Shown here in pieces: positions 10,343 to 20,546 of a stretch of DNA of 64,000 nucleotides. This DNA comes from Patescibacteria group bacterium (GTDB lineage: Bacteria > Patescibacteriota > Patescibacteriia > UBA2591 > UBA6264): the NCBI GenBank assembly GCA_016784145.1, contig JADHVF010000003.1:22048-86047 (forward strand), read 5' to 3'. The position numbers were made by a program, and so were the translations under genes. Positions within the stretch are counted from its first letter, which is position 1; every line of letters starts with the position of its first letter. The notes beneath the pieces are model-generated. The model searched no databases. It was not told where the DNA came from and saw only the letters and a program-made list of their open reading frames with translations.

Positions 10343-10705
10343 TTATGATTTTGATTTATGACTATGTTTTAATGATTCTCTTATTTTAGCTAGTTTTCTA
10401 AAAAAATCAAGATTAGTTAATTTTTTGAAAATATATTTTAAAATTAAATAAGTTTTTTTAAAAAACACATTAATCTTTTGAATATATTTTTTAATCAATA
10501 AAATTCTTCTAGAGAAACTATCTTTTATTTTATTTATTTTTCTATCAACCTTTTTTAGTAATAATCTCTTTTTAATTTCTGAAATTTCATCTGCTGTTGT
10601 ATCTGATAAATTAATTTTTGATAAAAAAAGAATTTTTTTTAAAAGAATATAAAAAATACCTCCCAAACAAGAAAAAGTAATAATTAAAAGAATAATATTA
10701 ATCAT
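10343..10705 (-). CDS. Hypothetical protein with N-terminal TM
   Basis: ORF abutting fba on the same strand. Confidence 0.6.
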   Translation of the reverse strand: MINIILLIITFSCLGGIFYILLKKILFLSKINLSDTTADEISEIKKRLLLKKVDRKINKIKDSFSRRILLIKKYIQKINVFFKKTYLILKYIFKKLTNLDFFRKLAKIRESLKHSHKSKS

Positions 10706-10707
10706 TT

Positions 10708-11577
10708 TTAAAGTTTTTTATCATTTTTAAAAACTAAAATTTTGTTAGCAACAACATCAGAAATTTCATCTATTACTGGTGTTAATATTTTTCTAGGATC
10801 ATATTGGTCTTTGACTTTTAATGACTCTATTAAACTAGTCCTAAAGGCATATCTTATCTCTGTATCAATGTTAATTACTCTAACTCCAAGAGAAATTGCT
10901 TTTTTTATATCATGGTCTGGAATTTTAGATGCTCCATGAAGCACTAATGGAATTTTAACTTGTTTGGAAATATCTGCCAATCTATCTAAGTAAAGCTTTG
11001 GTGCTTTATGTTTAATTTTATAAAGTCCATGAATATTGCCAACTGCTATTGCTAGTGTATCAATTTTTGTTTTAGCAACAAATTCTTGTGCCTGGTCTGG
11101 GTCTGTCAAAAACTTGCTTGGATTAGATATCATTTCATTAATGTCTTGTTTATCCTTGACTATCATGCCTAGTTCTCCTTGGGCCCAAGCATTATGCTTG
11201 TGAGCATATTCAGTTGCTTTCTTGGTTATATTAATATTTTCACTAAAACTAGATTCTGAAGCATCAATCATAATAGAGGAAAAACCAGCCTCAATGCACT
11301 CGATTACAGATGAAAATTTTTTGCCATGATCTAAATGAAGGGCAATCGGAATATGTTTAAACTTATTTTTCGCAATCGTTCGCACAATATTCGCAATTAC
11401 TTTTGCACCAGCATATTTAAGGGTTGTTTCGCTTACCTGAATAATTATCGAACCATTAACCTTGTTAGCCCCAACCGCAATTGCATTTGTTATTTCTAGG
11501 TTAAAAGTATTAAAAGCTCCGACTGCATAACCTTTTTTATTAGCATTATCAATGATTTGTTTTATATGAACAAGCAT
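10708..11577 (-). CDS. fba: Class II fructose-bisphosphate aldolase
   Basis: YAVGAFN, LHLDHG, GNIHG, LVLHGAS. Confidence 0.95.
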   Translation of the reverse strand: MLVHIKQIIDNANKKGYAVGAFNTFNLEITNAIAVGANKVNGSIIIQVSETTLKYAGAKVIANIVRTIAKNKFKHIPIALHLDHGKKFSSVIECIEAGFSSIMIDASESSFSENINITKKATEYAHKHNAWAQGELGMIVKDKQDINEMISNPSKFLTDPDQAQEFVAKTKIDTLAIAVGNIHGLYKIKHKAPKLYLDRLADISKQVKIPLVLHGASKIPDHDIKKAISLGVRVINIDTEIRYAFRTSLIESLKVKDQYDPRKILTPVIDEISDVVANKILVFKNDKKL

Positions 11578-11582
11578 AAAAT

Positions 11583-12359
11583 TTAAATTATTAATTCACA
11601 CATTTTTATAAACTCTTTTGGATCTAATGATGCTCTGCCAATCAAAACGCCATCAATTAAATCTTTGGCTACAAACGAAGATATATTTTTAGAATTAACG
11701 CTGCCGCCATAAATAATTCTAATATTATTTTGAACTATTTTTAATGGGAAGATATCAATCATTGCTTGTTTTATTATTTTACTCATATATTCTGCGTGAG
11801 ATGGACGAATAGCTCTACCCGTGCCAATGGCCCATGAGGGCTCATAAGCAATGATAATTTCTTCTGCTGAAGTAATTTTAACTCCTGACAAAACCTTTAT
11901 TAGCCAGTCAAGAACAACATAATTATTAATCCCTTTAGCAAAATCATCTAATGTTTCTCCAACACAAACTACTGGCGTCATCTTATTTTTAACAACTGCT
12001 TTTATTTTTTCTTGAATCATCTCCCCTGTTTCCCTTAATTCTCTCATTCTTTCTGAATGACCTAAAATTACATATTTGCATCCTGTTTTAGCAAGCCAAG
12101 CAGGAGAAACTTCTCCTGTAAAGTTTCCTTTATCTTGCCAAAAACAATTTTGAGCCCCTAAAAAATAATTTTTGAACAATCTTGAATTAAGCAATTTAGA
12201 CATATCTGCCAAACCGAGAAAAGATGGGCAATAAACAATATCAAGATTAGATATTTTTTTATTTTTATTTATTTTCTTGGCAATTTTACGAACAATCTTC
12301 ATTCCATCTCCTGGAAAGACATTCATTTTCCAATTACCAATAATTATTGATTTTTTCAT
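11583..12359 (-). CDS. tpiA: Triosephosphate isomerase
   Basis: GNWKMN, GHSER, AYEPSWAIGTG, YGGSV. Confidence 0.97.
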   Translation of the reverse strand: MKKSIIIGNWKMNVFPGDGMKIVRKIAKKINKNKKISNLDIVYCPSFLGLADMSKLLNSRLFKNYFLGAQNCFWQDKGNFTGEVSPAWLAKTGCKYVILGHSERMRELRETGEMIQEKIKAVVKNKMTPVVCVGETLDDFAKGINNYVVLDWLIKVLSGVKITSAEEIIIAYEPSWAIGTGRAIRPSHAEYMSKIIKQAMIDIFPLKIVQNNIRIIYGGSVNSKNISSFVAKDLIDGVLIGRASLDPKEFIKMCELII

Positions 12360-12368
12360 AAAAAAATA

Positions 12369-12833
12369 TTAATTAATCATAGCAACAACTCCCATTGTAG
12401 ACAAAGTAACTATAATTCCGGCTATCACAACACCAAGAGAAATTAAACTTAAAGCCCTGTGGTAAGAAATATTAAACAAGAAAGCAGCTACTGTCCCTGT
12501 CCAAGCTCCAGTAAAGGGCAGGGGGATAGCAACTAACAAAATTAGAGCAATGTCTCCATAAACTTTGTGTTTTTTATAAAAACGATTATATGTTCTTTTG
12601 AATATCCATTGAAAAAAATAATTTATTCTTTTACTAGCTTTCATTAATTTAGTTGATAAATATTTCCAAAACCATAAAAGAAAAAAAACAGGAATCATGT
12701 TTCCAAGCACTGCCAAACAAAATGTTTTCAAAACTGGCAAATCAAGCATTGTGATTGCAAATGGAATTGTTCCTCTTAATTCATTAACCGGAGTCATTGC
12801 CAATAAAATTGTTTTTATCTCGGGAGTCATCAT
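12369..12833 (-). CDS. Small multidrug-export family membrane protein (COG2426-like)
   Basis: PVNELRGTIP, VAIPLPFTGAWTG. Confidence 0.8.
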   Translation of the reverse strand: MMTPEIKTILLAMTPVNELRGTIPFAITMLDLPVLKTFCLAVLGNMIPVFFLLWFWKYLSTKLMKASKRINYFFQWIFKRTYNRFYKKHKVYGDIALILLVAIPLPFTGAWTGTVAAFLFNISYHRALSLISLGVVIAGIIVTLSTMGVVAMIN

Positions 12834-12859
12834 TAATTAATATAACACAACTATTTGTT

Positions 12860-13819
12860 TTATTGAATAAGCTTTTTTTTATTTAATTGATTAGCCCCCC
12901 AATAAATTAGGGATTTTACCTGTTCAAACCTGCTTTCACTGGTGGCTGCTCCTAAAATAACAACTATCACCTTTTGACCAAGATACTCTCCTGTGCCAGC
13001 AAAGCAATATCCCCCTTCATCAAGATAGCCTGTTTTTCCATAAATATTATCAATAAAACTATTTAATAAAATGTTTGTATTATAAATTGCCTGCGTTTTT
13101 TTATTTTTACTTGAATCAATTATGTTAATTCTATGAAATTTTTTTTCTAAAGCACTTGTAATGTCTTGATTTTTACTTATTTCTAATATTAATTTTGCTA
13201 AATCTTGAGTAGTTGAATAATTTTTATGATTCAACCCAGTTGAGTCAACAAAATGCGTATTAAGCATTCCAATGTCTTGAGCTTTTTCATTCATTAAATC
13301 AATAAAAGTTTTTCCACAACAAGGAATAGATGAGATTCTAGCTAAAACATTAGAGGCATTGTTGGCGGATTTAATCATTGTCCCATAAAAAATATCTTGG
13401 ACTGTAATTTTATCTCCCTGACTTATTTTAAGACCTGATGGCTCTAAATCACTTTCTATATATGCTTTTAAATCAGAAGTATAAGGAGACTCTGTGTCCA
13501 GATTTAAGTACTGTGGTTTAATCAAAATTAAATCATTCCAATTCTTTTCATTGTTATTTAAAAATACCAAAGCTGTCATTAATTTTGTGATACTAGCAAT
13601 TGGCAAAATAGATTGTTTTGACTTGTCCAATAAAACTTTCCCGGTTTCAGCGTCAATCACAATAGCACTCTGGGCGTCCAGTACTGGCCCAAGAGAAACT
13701 GTTGAAATTTCTGCCAATGCTGCATCTTCTTGAGATAAAACATTGTCCCAAAAAATAACCGAGCTTAATGCTGGTGATGATGAAACTAAAAAAAATAAAA
13801 ATAAAATTTTTGTTATCAT
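12860..13819 (-). CDS. D-alanyl-D-alanine carboxypeptidase (S11)
   Basis: ASITKLM (SxxK), SAN (SxN), KTG. Confidence 0.9.
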   Translation of the reverse strand: MITKILFLFFLVSSSPALSSVIFWDNVLSQEDAALAEISTVSLGPVLDAQSAIVIDAETGKVLLDKSKQSILPIASITKLMTALVFLNNNEKNWNDLILIKPQYLNLDTESPYTSDLKAYIESDLEPSGLKISQGDKITVQDIFYGTMIKSANNASNVLARISSIPCCGKTFIDLMNEKAQDIGMLNTHFVDSTGLNHKNYSTTQDLAKLILEISKNQDITSALEKKFHRINIIDSSKNKKTQAIYNTNILLNSFIDNIYGKTGYLDEGGYCFAGTGEYLGQKVIVVILGAATSESRFEQVKSLIYWGANQLNKKKLIQ

Positions 13820-14787
13820 AATTTAATAATCTTTCCTAATTTATATAACCAATACCACCTAGAAGAATTAATAACATCAAATGTGCCTAAATATTTCACA
13901 GTGTTCCCGCCAAAACTTTTTTTAAATCGCGTTAAATTGATCCATTTTAACTTATTTATTCCCCAAAAATCATATTGTTTAACTCCTTGCTTAATTGCTT
14001 GTTGAATAATGCTCCAATGAAGCAAATGAGGAGCCATTACATTTTTATTAACAAGAGATGACCCTCCATGAAGATAAAAAGCTGTATCTTTCCAAAAAAG
14101 AACAAGATATCCGCACAATATCTTGTTTTTATATTTAGCAAAATAAAGAGAAATTTTTGATTTATTAAAATTTATAAGTTTTTTATAATAATCGTCTGAA
14201 TGAATATTAAATTTTTGTCGACTGGCTGTTTTGTGTAGAAGATTCAAGAAAATTTCTATATATTTATCAGAATTATCTTGAAAAACCTGAACATTATGCC
14301 TATCTGCTAATTTAATATTATATCTTGTTTTATAATGCATGTTAGCTAAAATTTCTTGTTTTGGAATACTGATATCCAAAATAGTTGTAATTGAAGGTTG
14401 AATATCTTTTATTCTTTTAAAATGTAAATTGAGTTGGTCTAATGCAATGTCTGTGGATGGCTCAATTCTAAAAAAAATAGCATTAGATTGACTAGATATT
14501 TGTTTTATTTTATTAAAAAACAATTTTAAAGCAAGCTCGTCAATTTTTAAAGGAAAAACAGGCCCCCTGGGGATATAAAAATAACTCCTTCTAAAAGGTA
14601 AATTATATTTTATAATTAGCCCCGCCAAAATAATCTTGTCATTTTGTTTAACCGCCAATCTCCAAACCTGTCTATTTAATTTTTTTTGAAAATCTCCCCA
14701 AAACCATGATTGAAGAAAATCACCGTGCAATAATATAAAATCATCCCACTCTTGCTTGGATTGCTTGGTTACTTCAATTATTTCCAT
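13816..14787 (-). CDS. FemABX-family peptidoglycan bridge aminoacyltransferase
   Basis: FLQSWFWG, YIPRGP, KTRYNI, YDFWG, RFKKSFGG. Confidence 0.9.
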   Translation of the reverse strand: MEIIEVTKQSKQEWDDFILLHGDFLQSWFWGDFQKKLNRQVWRLAVKQNDKIILAGLIIKYNLPFRRSYFYIPRGPVFPLKIDELALKLFFNKIKQISSQSNAIFFRIEPSTDIALDQLNLHFKRIKDIQPSITTILDISIPKQEILANMHYKTRYNIKLADRHNVQVFQDNSDKYIEIFLNLLHKTASRQKFNIHSDDYYKKLINFNKSKISLYFAKYKNKILCGYLVLFWKDTAFYLHGGSSLVNKNVMAPHLLHWSIIQQAIKQGVKQYDFWGINKLKWINLTRFKKSFGGNTVKYLGTFDVINSSRWYWLYKLGKIIKL

Positions 14788-14858
14788 TTTTCTATTTTAA
14801 CACAAATTGAATTAAAATAAAAATAAAAAAAGCAAAAATATTTGCTTTTGTTTAGAAA

Positions 14859-14978
14859 TGACTATTGATTAGTGATTATTGATTATTGATTATTGATTAT
14901 TAATTATTGATTAGTGATTATTGATTAGTGATTATTGATTATTGATTAGTGATTATTAATTAGTGATTATTGATTATT
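14859..14978. repeat. Heptamer tandem array (TGATTAT/TGATTAG), about 17 units
   Basis: Direct reading; lies between the mscS stop and its terminator (14828-14849). Confidence 0.95.
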
Positions 14979-16032
14979 ATTCTGTTTTTTCAATATAAAT
15001 ACTTTGCGTTGGAAAAGCCATTGAAATTCCTTCTTTGGTAAAAGATTTTTTAATCCCAAAAAGAATATTCTGATGAACGTCTCTATAATCTCTGTATTCA
15101 GAAGAAAGAACATAATAAATAACATCAAAACTAAGCGAAGAATCTCCAAATTCAACAAAATGAACTCTATCAAAGCGAGCTTTTGGTTCAGAATCTATTA
15201 CATGCTCAACGATTTTATTAACCTTAACTAGATTTTCAGAAGAAGTGCGATAATCAACTCCAAATGAAAATACTGCTCTCCTTTCTTCCATGCTCTTAAA
15301 ATTGGCTATCCTTGATGAAGTTAATTCTTTATTAGAGATAATAATTTCTTCTCCTTGTAAAGACCTGATACGAGTTGTTTTTATCCCTATTTTTTCTACA
15401 ATACCATTATGCTTACCAACTACAATAAAATCACCAATAACAAATGGTTTGTCAAAATAAATTGCAAAAGAAGAAAATAAATCTTCTAAAATATTTTGAA
15501 GTGCTATGGCAACGGCTATTCCACCTACTCCTAATCCAGCAACAAGGGAATTAATATTAACGCCCAAGTTTGATAGAACCATTAATGATCCAATTGACCA
15601 TAAAACCCATTTAATTATTTTTTTTATTAAAATAATGGCTGTTTTGGATTCAGTTTGTTTTTCTTTTTTTAATTTTTCTGCAATAACATAATCAAGTAAA
15701 ATTTGAAATGCCAATACAACCTGATAAATAATACTAACTGATAAAAAAGCTGTAATTATTTTTTGAATAACATCACTAATGTTCAAAAAAAATAAAGCAA
15801 AATAAATTGCTAATAATAAATAAAAATACGATTTAATTGATTGAACTATTTTAATTAAAACATCGTCAACATTTGTCTTTGTTTTCTGAGCAATTTTTTT
15901 TAATCGCATTATAATCACCCCCTGAAATGCTTTAAAGAAAATGAAAAAAAATAAGAAAGCAAATAATGCCAACGAATAATCTTTGATTGAATTTGATGAA
16001 AAATTATATTCTAAAAATTCAAAACTAAACAT
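14977..16032 (-). CDS. mscS: Small-conductance mechanosensitive channel
   Basis: LVAGLGVGGIAVAIALQ, DKPFVIGD. Confidence 0.9.
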   Translation of the reverse strand: MFSFEFLEYNFSSNSIKDYSLALFAFLFFFIFFKAFQGVIIMRLKKIAQKTKTNVDDVLIKIVQSIKSYFYLLLAIYFALFFLNISDVIQKIITAFLSVSIIYQVVLAFQILLDYVIAEKLKKEKQTESKTAIILIKKIIKWVLWSIGSLMVLSNLGVNINSLVAGLGVGGIAVAIALQNILEDLFSSFAIYFDKPFVIGDFIVVGKHNGIVEKIGIKTTRIRSLQGEEIIISNKELTSSRIANFKSMEERRAVFSFGVDYRTSSENLVKVNKIVEHVIDSEPKARFDRVHFVEFGDSSLSFDVIYYVLSSEYRDYRDVHQNILFGIKKSFTKEGISMAFPTQSIYIEKTE

Positions 16033-16043
16033 AATTATAATTA

Positions 16044-17465
16044 TTAAAACGGGTCTTCAACACTTATTTTATCAGATTCTCCTGAATAAGCAAGTCTTTT
16101 TTCTAAATTTTTAAAACTAGCCGATGCTTCATTGAAATACATTTTAATCATACCACCAGCTGGACCATGACGATGTTTAGCAACATGAATTTCGGCTATG
16201 TTTCTTTCTTCGTCAGGGCAAACCTTAATCCCCTTGTCCATAATTTTACGATATATAAACATAACCACATCTGCATCTTGTTCTAAACTGCCTGATTCAC
16301 GTAAGTCAGATAATTTTGGAATTGACGGAGTTCTTGCTTCTGGAGCACGCGAAAGTTGAGAAAGCGCTAAGACTGGAATGTCTAATTCTCTGGCAATTGC
16401 CTTCAATGCCCTTGATATTGCTGAAACTTCTTGAACCCTGCCTTCACTAGATCTTAATCCTGAATCCATTAACTGTAAGTAATCCAAAATCAATAGTCCT
16501 AAGCCATGTTCTGCCTTTAATCTTCTTGCTTTTGTCTTAATTTCAATGCTATTTACAATTGGAGAATCATCCATATATATAGGAGCTTCTGATAATGCGC
16601 CAAAAGCATTACCAAGCTTTTGAAAATCGCCACCAGCGTCCTCTTGCTTGCCTGTTAATTGCCCTGTTCTCATTTTCCAAATATTTACATCAGCATGAGC
16701 GCATATTAGCCTGTCAGTTAATTGCTCTTTTGACATTTCTAAACTAAAAATACCAACTGGAACTTTTTGATAAACCGCCACTTGTCTAGCAATGTCTAAT
16801 GCTAAAGAAGATTTTCCAATTGATGGTCTAGCTGCTAGTATAATTAATTCAGATGGCTGAAGCCCTGCTAAAACATTATCCAAGTCAACAAAACCAGTTG
16901 GAACACCTCTGAAACTTTTTTCTCCTTTATGTAGTTCGTCTACTCTTTCAAATGCTTCTGTCAAGGTACTCTTAAGTGGGACAAACTTTTGTTTTAAAAT
17001 TGCTTGAGAAACAGAAAATATTTTTTGTTCTGCTTTATCTAAAATTTTAACAAGATCCTTGCCCTTGGAATAAGCTAATTGAATTGTTTCTGTTGAAAAC
17101 TTTATTAATTTTCTAAGAGAAGATTTTTTTTGGATAATCTTAGCATAAGAAATGGCATTACTTGAATCAGGAACACTGTTGGACAAAGAAGCTAAATAAC
17201 TTCTTCCACCAATGTCTTTTAATTGATTTTTCTCCTCTAAAAGGTCAGCAATACTCAATGTATCAATTGGCTCTCTTTTGTCCCAAGCATCTATCATTGC
17301 CAAAAAAATCATTTTATGAGAATCTTTATAAAAATCATCTGCAATAACAATGTCAGCAATTTTAATCATAACATCTTTATCAATCAACAAAGACCCAAGC
17401 AATGCTTGTTCTGCTTCTATGTTCTGAGGAGGCAATTTTTCTATTGATTCTTTCTTTTTAGCCAT
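16044..17465 (-). CDS. dnaB: Replicative DNA helicase
   Basis: PPQNIEAEQ, AARPSIGKS, DYLQLM, DLRESGSLEQDAD. Confidence 0.98.
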   Translation of the reverse strand: MAKKKESIEKLPPQNIEAEQALLGSLLIDKDVMIKIADIVIADDFYKDSHKMIFLAMIDAWDKREPIDTLSIADLLEEKNQLKDIGGRSYLASLSNSVPDSSNAISYAKIIQKKSSLRKLIKFSTETIQLAYSKGKDLVKILDKAEQKIFSVSQAILKQKFVPLKSTLTEAFERVDELHKGEKSFRGVPTGFVDLDNVLAGLQPSELIILAARPSIGKSSLALDIARQVAVYQKVPVGIFSLEMSKEQLTDRLICAHADVNIWKMRTGQLTGKQEDAGGDFQKLGNAFGALSEAPIYMDDSPIVNSIEIKTKARRLKAEHGLGLLILDYLQLMDSGLRSSEGRVQEVSAISRALKAIARELDIPVLALSQLSRAPEARTPSIPKLSDLRESGSLEQDADVVMFIYRKIMDKGIKVCPDEERNIAEIHVAKHRHGPAGGMIKMYFNEASASFKNLEKRLAYSGESDKISVEDPF

Positions 17466-17557
17466 AAAAACGTATTTACAAATTATATTTTATATATTAT
17501 AATATTTTTACAACTTTTACAACAAAAACTTTGCACATTTTATTAACATTATTTTTT

Positions 17558-17785
17558 ATGAACCAAAAAAACATTAGAGGATTCACCGTACTGTTTCGTG
17601 CTCCAGCCAAACAAGGAGTTGACCATCTTGCTTATACCTTGAGTTCTACTGAGATGAACTCTATTTTTCGTAATGCTCGTATATCTGGAAAAATAAAATT
17701 TGAAGACAGGCAAGGCAGAAACTTTACTTTGATATCTAAACACAACGGGAAATATGTAGTGAAAAAAAGAAGCGGTTGGTTCTAA
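17558..17785 (+). CDS. Small hypothetical protein (start reassigned to ATG 17558)
   Basis: ORF divergent from dnaB, just before tRNA-Lys. Confidence 0.6.
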   Translation: MNQKNIRGFTVLFRAPAKQGVDHLAYTLSSTEMNSIFRNARISGKIKFEDRQGRNFTLISKHNGKYVVKKRSGWF

Positions 17786-17798
17786 TCCTAATTAACAA

Positions 17799-17869
17799 GC
17801 CCCCATAGCTCAATGGTAGAGCAGCTGCCTTTTAAGCAGTTGATGTGTGTTCGATTCCCTCTGGGGGCA
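17799..17869 (+). tRNA. tRNA-Lys(TTT) with a mismatched T-stem
   Basis: GCCCCCA/TGGGGGC acceptor; GCTGC-CTTTTAA-GCAGT anticodon arm. Confidence 0.85.
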
Positions 17870-17930
17870 TAAATTTTCTCAAACTAGTTTGAGGATTTTT
17901 TATTTTTAAAAATATGATATAATAATTTAT

Positions 17931-20546
17931 ATGATAGAAAAAAATTGGCACAATTTATCAATAGAAAATATTTTTCAAAAATTAGGCACAAATGAAAATG
18001 GAATCAACAATGAGCAAGCAAAAGAGAGATTAAAAAAATATAAAGAAAATATTTTGCCCAAAGAAAAAAAATTTTCAATAATAAAAATTATTATTGAACA
18101 ATTTAAAAGTCCGTTGGTTTATATCTTATTAATAGCTTCTATAATTTCTTTTTTATTGAAAGAATTTATTGATATGTGGATAATTTTATCCGCTGTTTTT
18201 ATTAATGCCATAATTGGTTTTTTTCAAGAATACAAAGCAGAAAAAACCTTTCTTCATTTAAGAAAATTGGTTCAATACAAATCAAGAGTTTTAAGAAAAG
18301 ACATGGCTTCAAATAAAAGCAATGAAAGTATTATAAATAACAAATATATTGTACCAGGTGATATTATTATATTAAAACCAGGCGATGTAGTAGGAGCTGA
18401 CGCCAGAATAATTAAATCCAATGGACTAAAAGTAAAAGAGGCGATTTTAACAGGCGAATCAACTCCTTCTCTTAAACATTCTAACAAATTGTCTAAAAAT
18501 ATTGGGTTGGCTGACAAAGAAAATATGATTTATGCTGGCACAAATATAGTTGGAGGCACTGCCATGGCTATTGTTATAGCCACTGGCAGTAATACTGAAT
18601 TAGGGAAAATTGCTAACCTAATTAAATCAACCACCAAGGAAAAAACCCCGCTTCAAAACAAAATTGCTCATATGGCTGGTTGGCTAGGAATTATCATTGG
18701 AATAATGTGTTTAATATTATTCGTATCTGGAGTTATGCTGGGCAGACCATTTTTTGAAATGCTTTTAATTTCTGTGGCCGTGGCCGTGGCTGGTATTCCT
18801 GAAGGACTAGCCATTGCGGTAACAGTTTGTTTAGCTGTTGGCATGCAAGCAATTTTACAAAAAAAAGCATTAATTAAAAAATTAATCGCTACTGAAACAC
18901 TAGGGTCAATCACTGTTATTGCTTCTGACAAAACAGGCACATTAACTGAGGGGCGAATGACTGTAGTGGATATAATCCCACACCTTTCTAAAACAGGATC
19001 ACAAGAATTATTAAAAATTGGCCTACTTTGTAATAATGCTATAATTAAACTCCCTGAAGATAAAACAGACAACCCCATAATCAATGGTGACCCAACTGAA
19101 ATAGCTCTTTTAACCGCTTCCATGGCCTCTGAACTTGAAAGAAAAGCTATCTTAAAAAAATATCCTCGAATTGATGAACTCCCGTTTGAATCAAAAAACA
19201 TGTATATGGCAACGCTTCATAAAGTATTAGACAAGCAAAACAAGAAAGAACTATTAGTGAAAGGAGCTCCTGAAAAAATTATAAATTTATCTAGCCTAAA
19301 CAACGCAGACAAACAAGCGATAATAACTAAAACAAACACCCTAACAAGTAAAGGATTAAGAGTCATTGCCTTTGCTAAAAAAATAAGTAGCCAACAAAAT
19401 AATACAATCCTAAAAGAAGATTTACAAAATCTTGAATTTATTGGCCTAATTGCAATCAAAGATCCTTTAAGAAAAAACGCCAAACAAACCATTAAAACCT
19501 GCGAATTAGCAGGCATAAAACCAATTATAATGACTGGTGACCATGAACTAACAGCCAAAGCGATTGCAATAGAGATAGGATTAATCAAGAAAAATGAAAA
19601 AATATTAATAGGCAAAGAATTAGACAAAATGTCAGACAAAGAACTAGGCTCTGTTTTAAAAACTAGTAATGTTTATGCGCGAGTTGAACCAAAACATAAA
19701 ATTAGAATTATTAATTTACTACAAAAACAAGGAGAAATCGTGGCCATGGCCGGAGACGGAGTAAATGATGCCCCGGCCATAAAAGCAGCTAATATAGGGA
19801 TATCACTTGGATCTGGATCTGAAATAACCAAACAAACAGCTGAAATGATTTTAATTGATAATAATTTTCAAACCATACTTGAAGCAATCAAACAGGGGAG
19901 AAATATATTTCAAAATATAAAAAAAATTATATTATTCTTGCTAGCTGATATTTTTACTGAATTTATCCTAATAGGAAGTACATTGCTAATGGGATTTCCG
20001 TTACCATTAATAGCCGGGCAAATTTTATGGATAAACATCATAGAAGACACATTGCCTGCCATGGCTTTGTCTTATGAGAAAGGAAACAAAAATATATTAA
20101 AAGAGAAAAAAACAAAGACAGACAGCAAATTATTAGACTCGGAAATGAAAGTCTTAATATTTATTATTGGCATAATTACTGATTTTATATTATTTGGATT
20201 ATTCTTATACCTTTATTATTATAAAAATCTAGACATCTCATATATAAGAACAATGATTTTCGCAGGACTAGGCATTGATACTCTTTTTATTGTGTTTTCC
20301 TGCAAAAACTTAAGACAAAAAATATGGGAATACAACCCTTTTGATAATTATTTTTTAAACCTTAGCGTTATCTTTGGTTGGGCAATGTTAATAATCGCAG
20401 TTTATTTGCCATTTTTTCAAAAAATCCTACAAACAACCTCTCTTAATTATAATGATTGGTTAATATTAATTTCACTTGGACTTATAAACCTTGTATTAAT
20501 AGAAATAGGAAAATCTTTTTATATCACTAAAAAACAAAAAACATGA
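17931..20546 (+). CDS. Cation-transporting P-type ATPase (P2, Ca2+-type)
   Basis: TGES, IPEGL, DKTGTLT, KGAPE, GDGVND. Confidence 0.95.
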   Translation: MIEKNWHNLSIENIFQKLGTNENGINNEQAKERLKKYKENILPKEKKFSIIKIIIEQFKSPLVYILLIASIISFLLKEFIDMWIILSAVFINAIIGFFQEYKAEKTFLHLRKLVQYKSRVLRKDMASNKSNESIINNKYIVPGDIIILKPGDVVGADARIIKSNGLKVKEAILTGESTPSLKHSNKLSKNIGLADKENMIYAGTNIVGGTAMAIVIATGSNTELGKIANLIKSTTKEKTPLQNKIAHMAGWLGIIIGIMCLILFVSGVMLGRPFFEMLLISVAVAVAGIPEGLAIAVTVCLAVGMQAILQKKALIKKLIATETLGSITVIASDKTGTLTEGRMTVVDIIPHLSKTGSQELLKIGLLCNNAIIKLPEDKTDNPIINGDPTEIALLTASMASELERKAILKKYPRIDELPFESKNMYMATLHKVLDKQNKKELLVKGAPEKIINLSSLNNADKQAIITKTNTLTSKGLRVIAFAKKISSQQNNTILKEDLQNLEFIGLIAIKDPLRKNAKQTIKTCELAGIKPIIMTGDHELTAKAIAIEIGLIKKNEKILIGKELDKMSDKELGSVLKTSNVYARVEPKHKIRIINLLQKQGEIVAMAGDGVNDAPAIKAANIGISLGSGSEITKQTAEMILIDNNFQTILEAIKQGRNIFQNIKKIILFLLADIFTEFILIGSTLLMGFPLPLIAGQILWINIIEDTLPAMALSYEKGNKNILKEKKTKTDSKLLDSEMKVLIFIIGIITDFILFGLFLYLYYYKNLDISYIRTMIFAGLGIDTLFIVFSCKNLRQKIWEYNPFDNYFLNLSVIFGWAMLIIAVYLPFFQKILQTTSLNYNDWLILISLGLINLVLIEIGKSFYITKKQKT

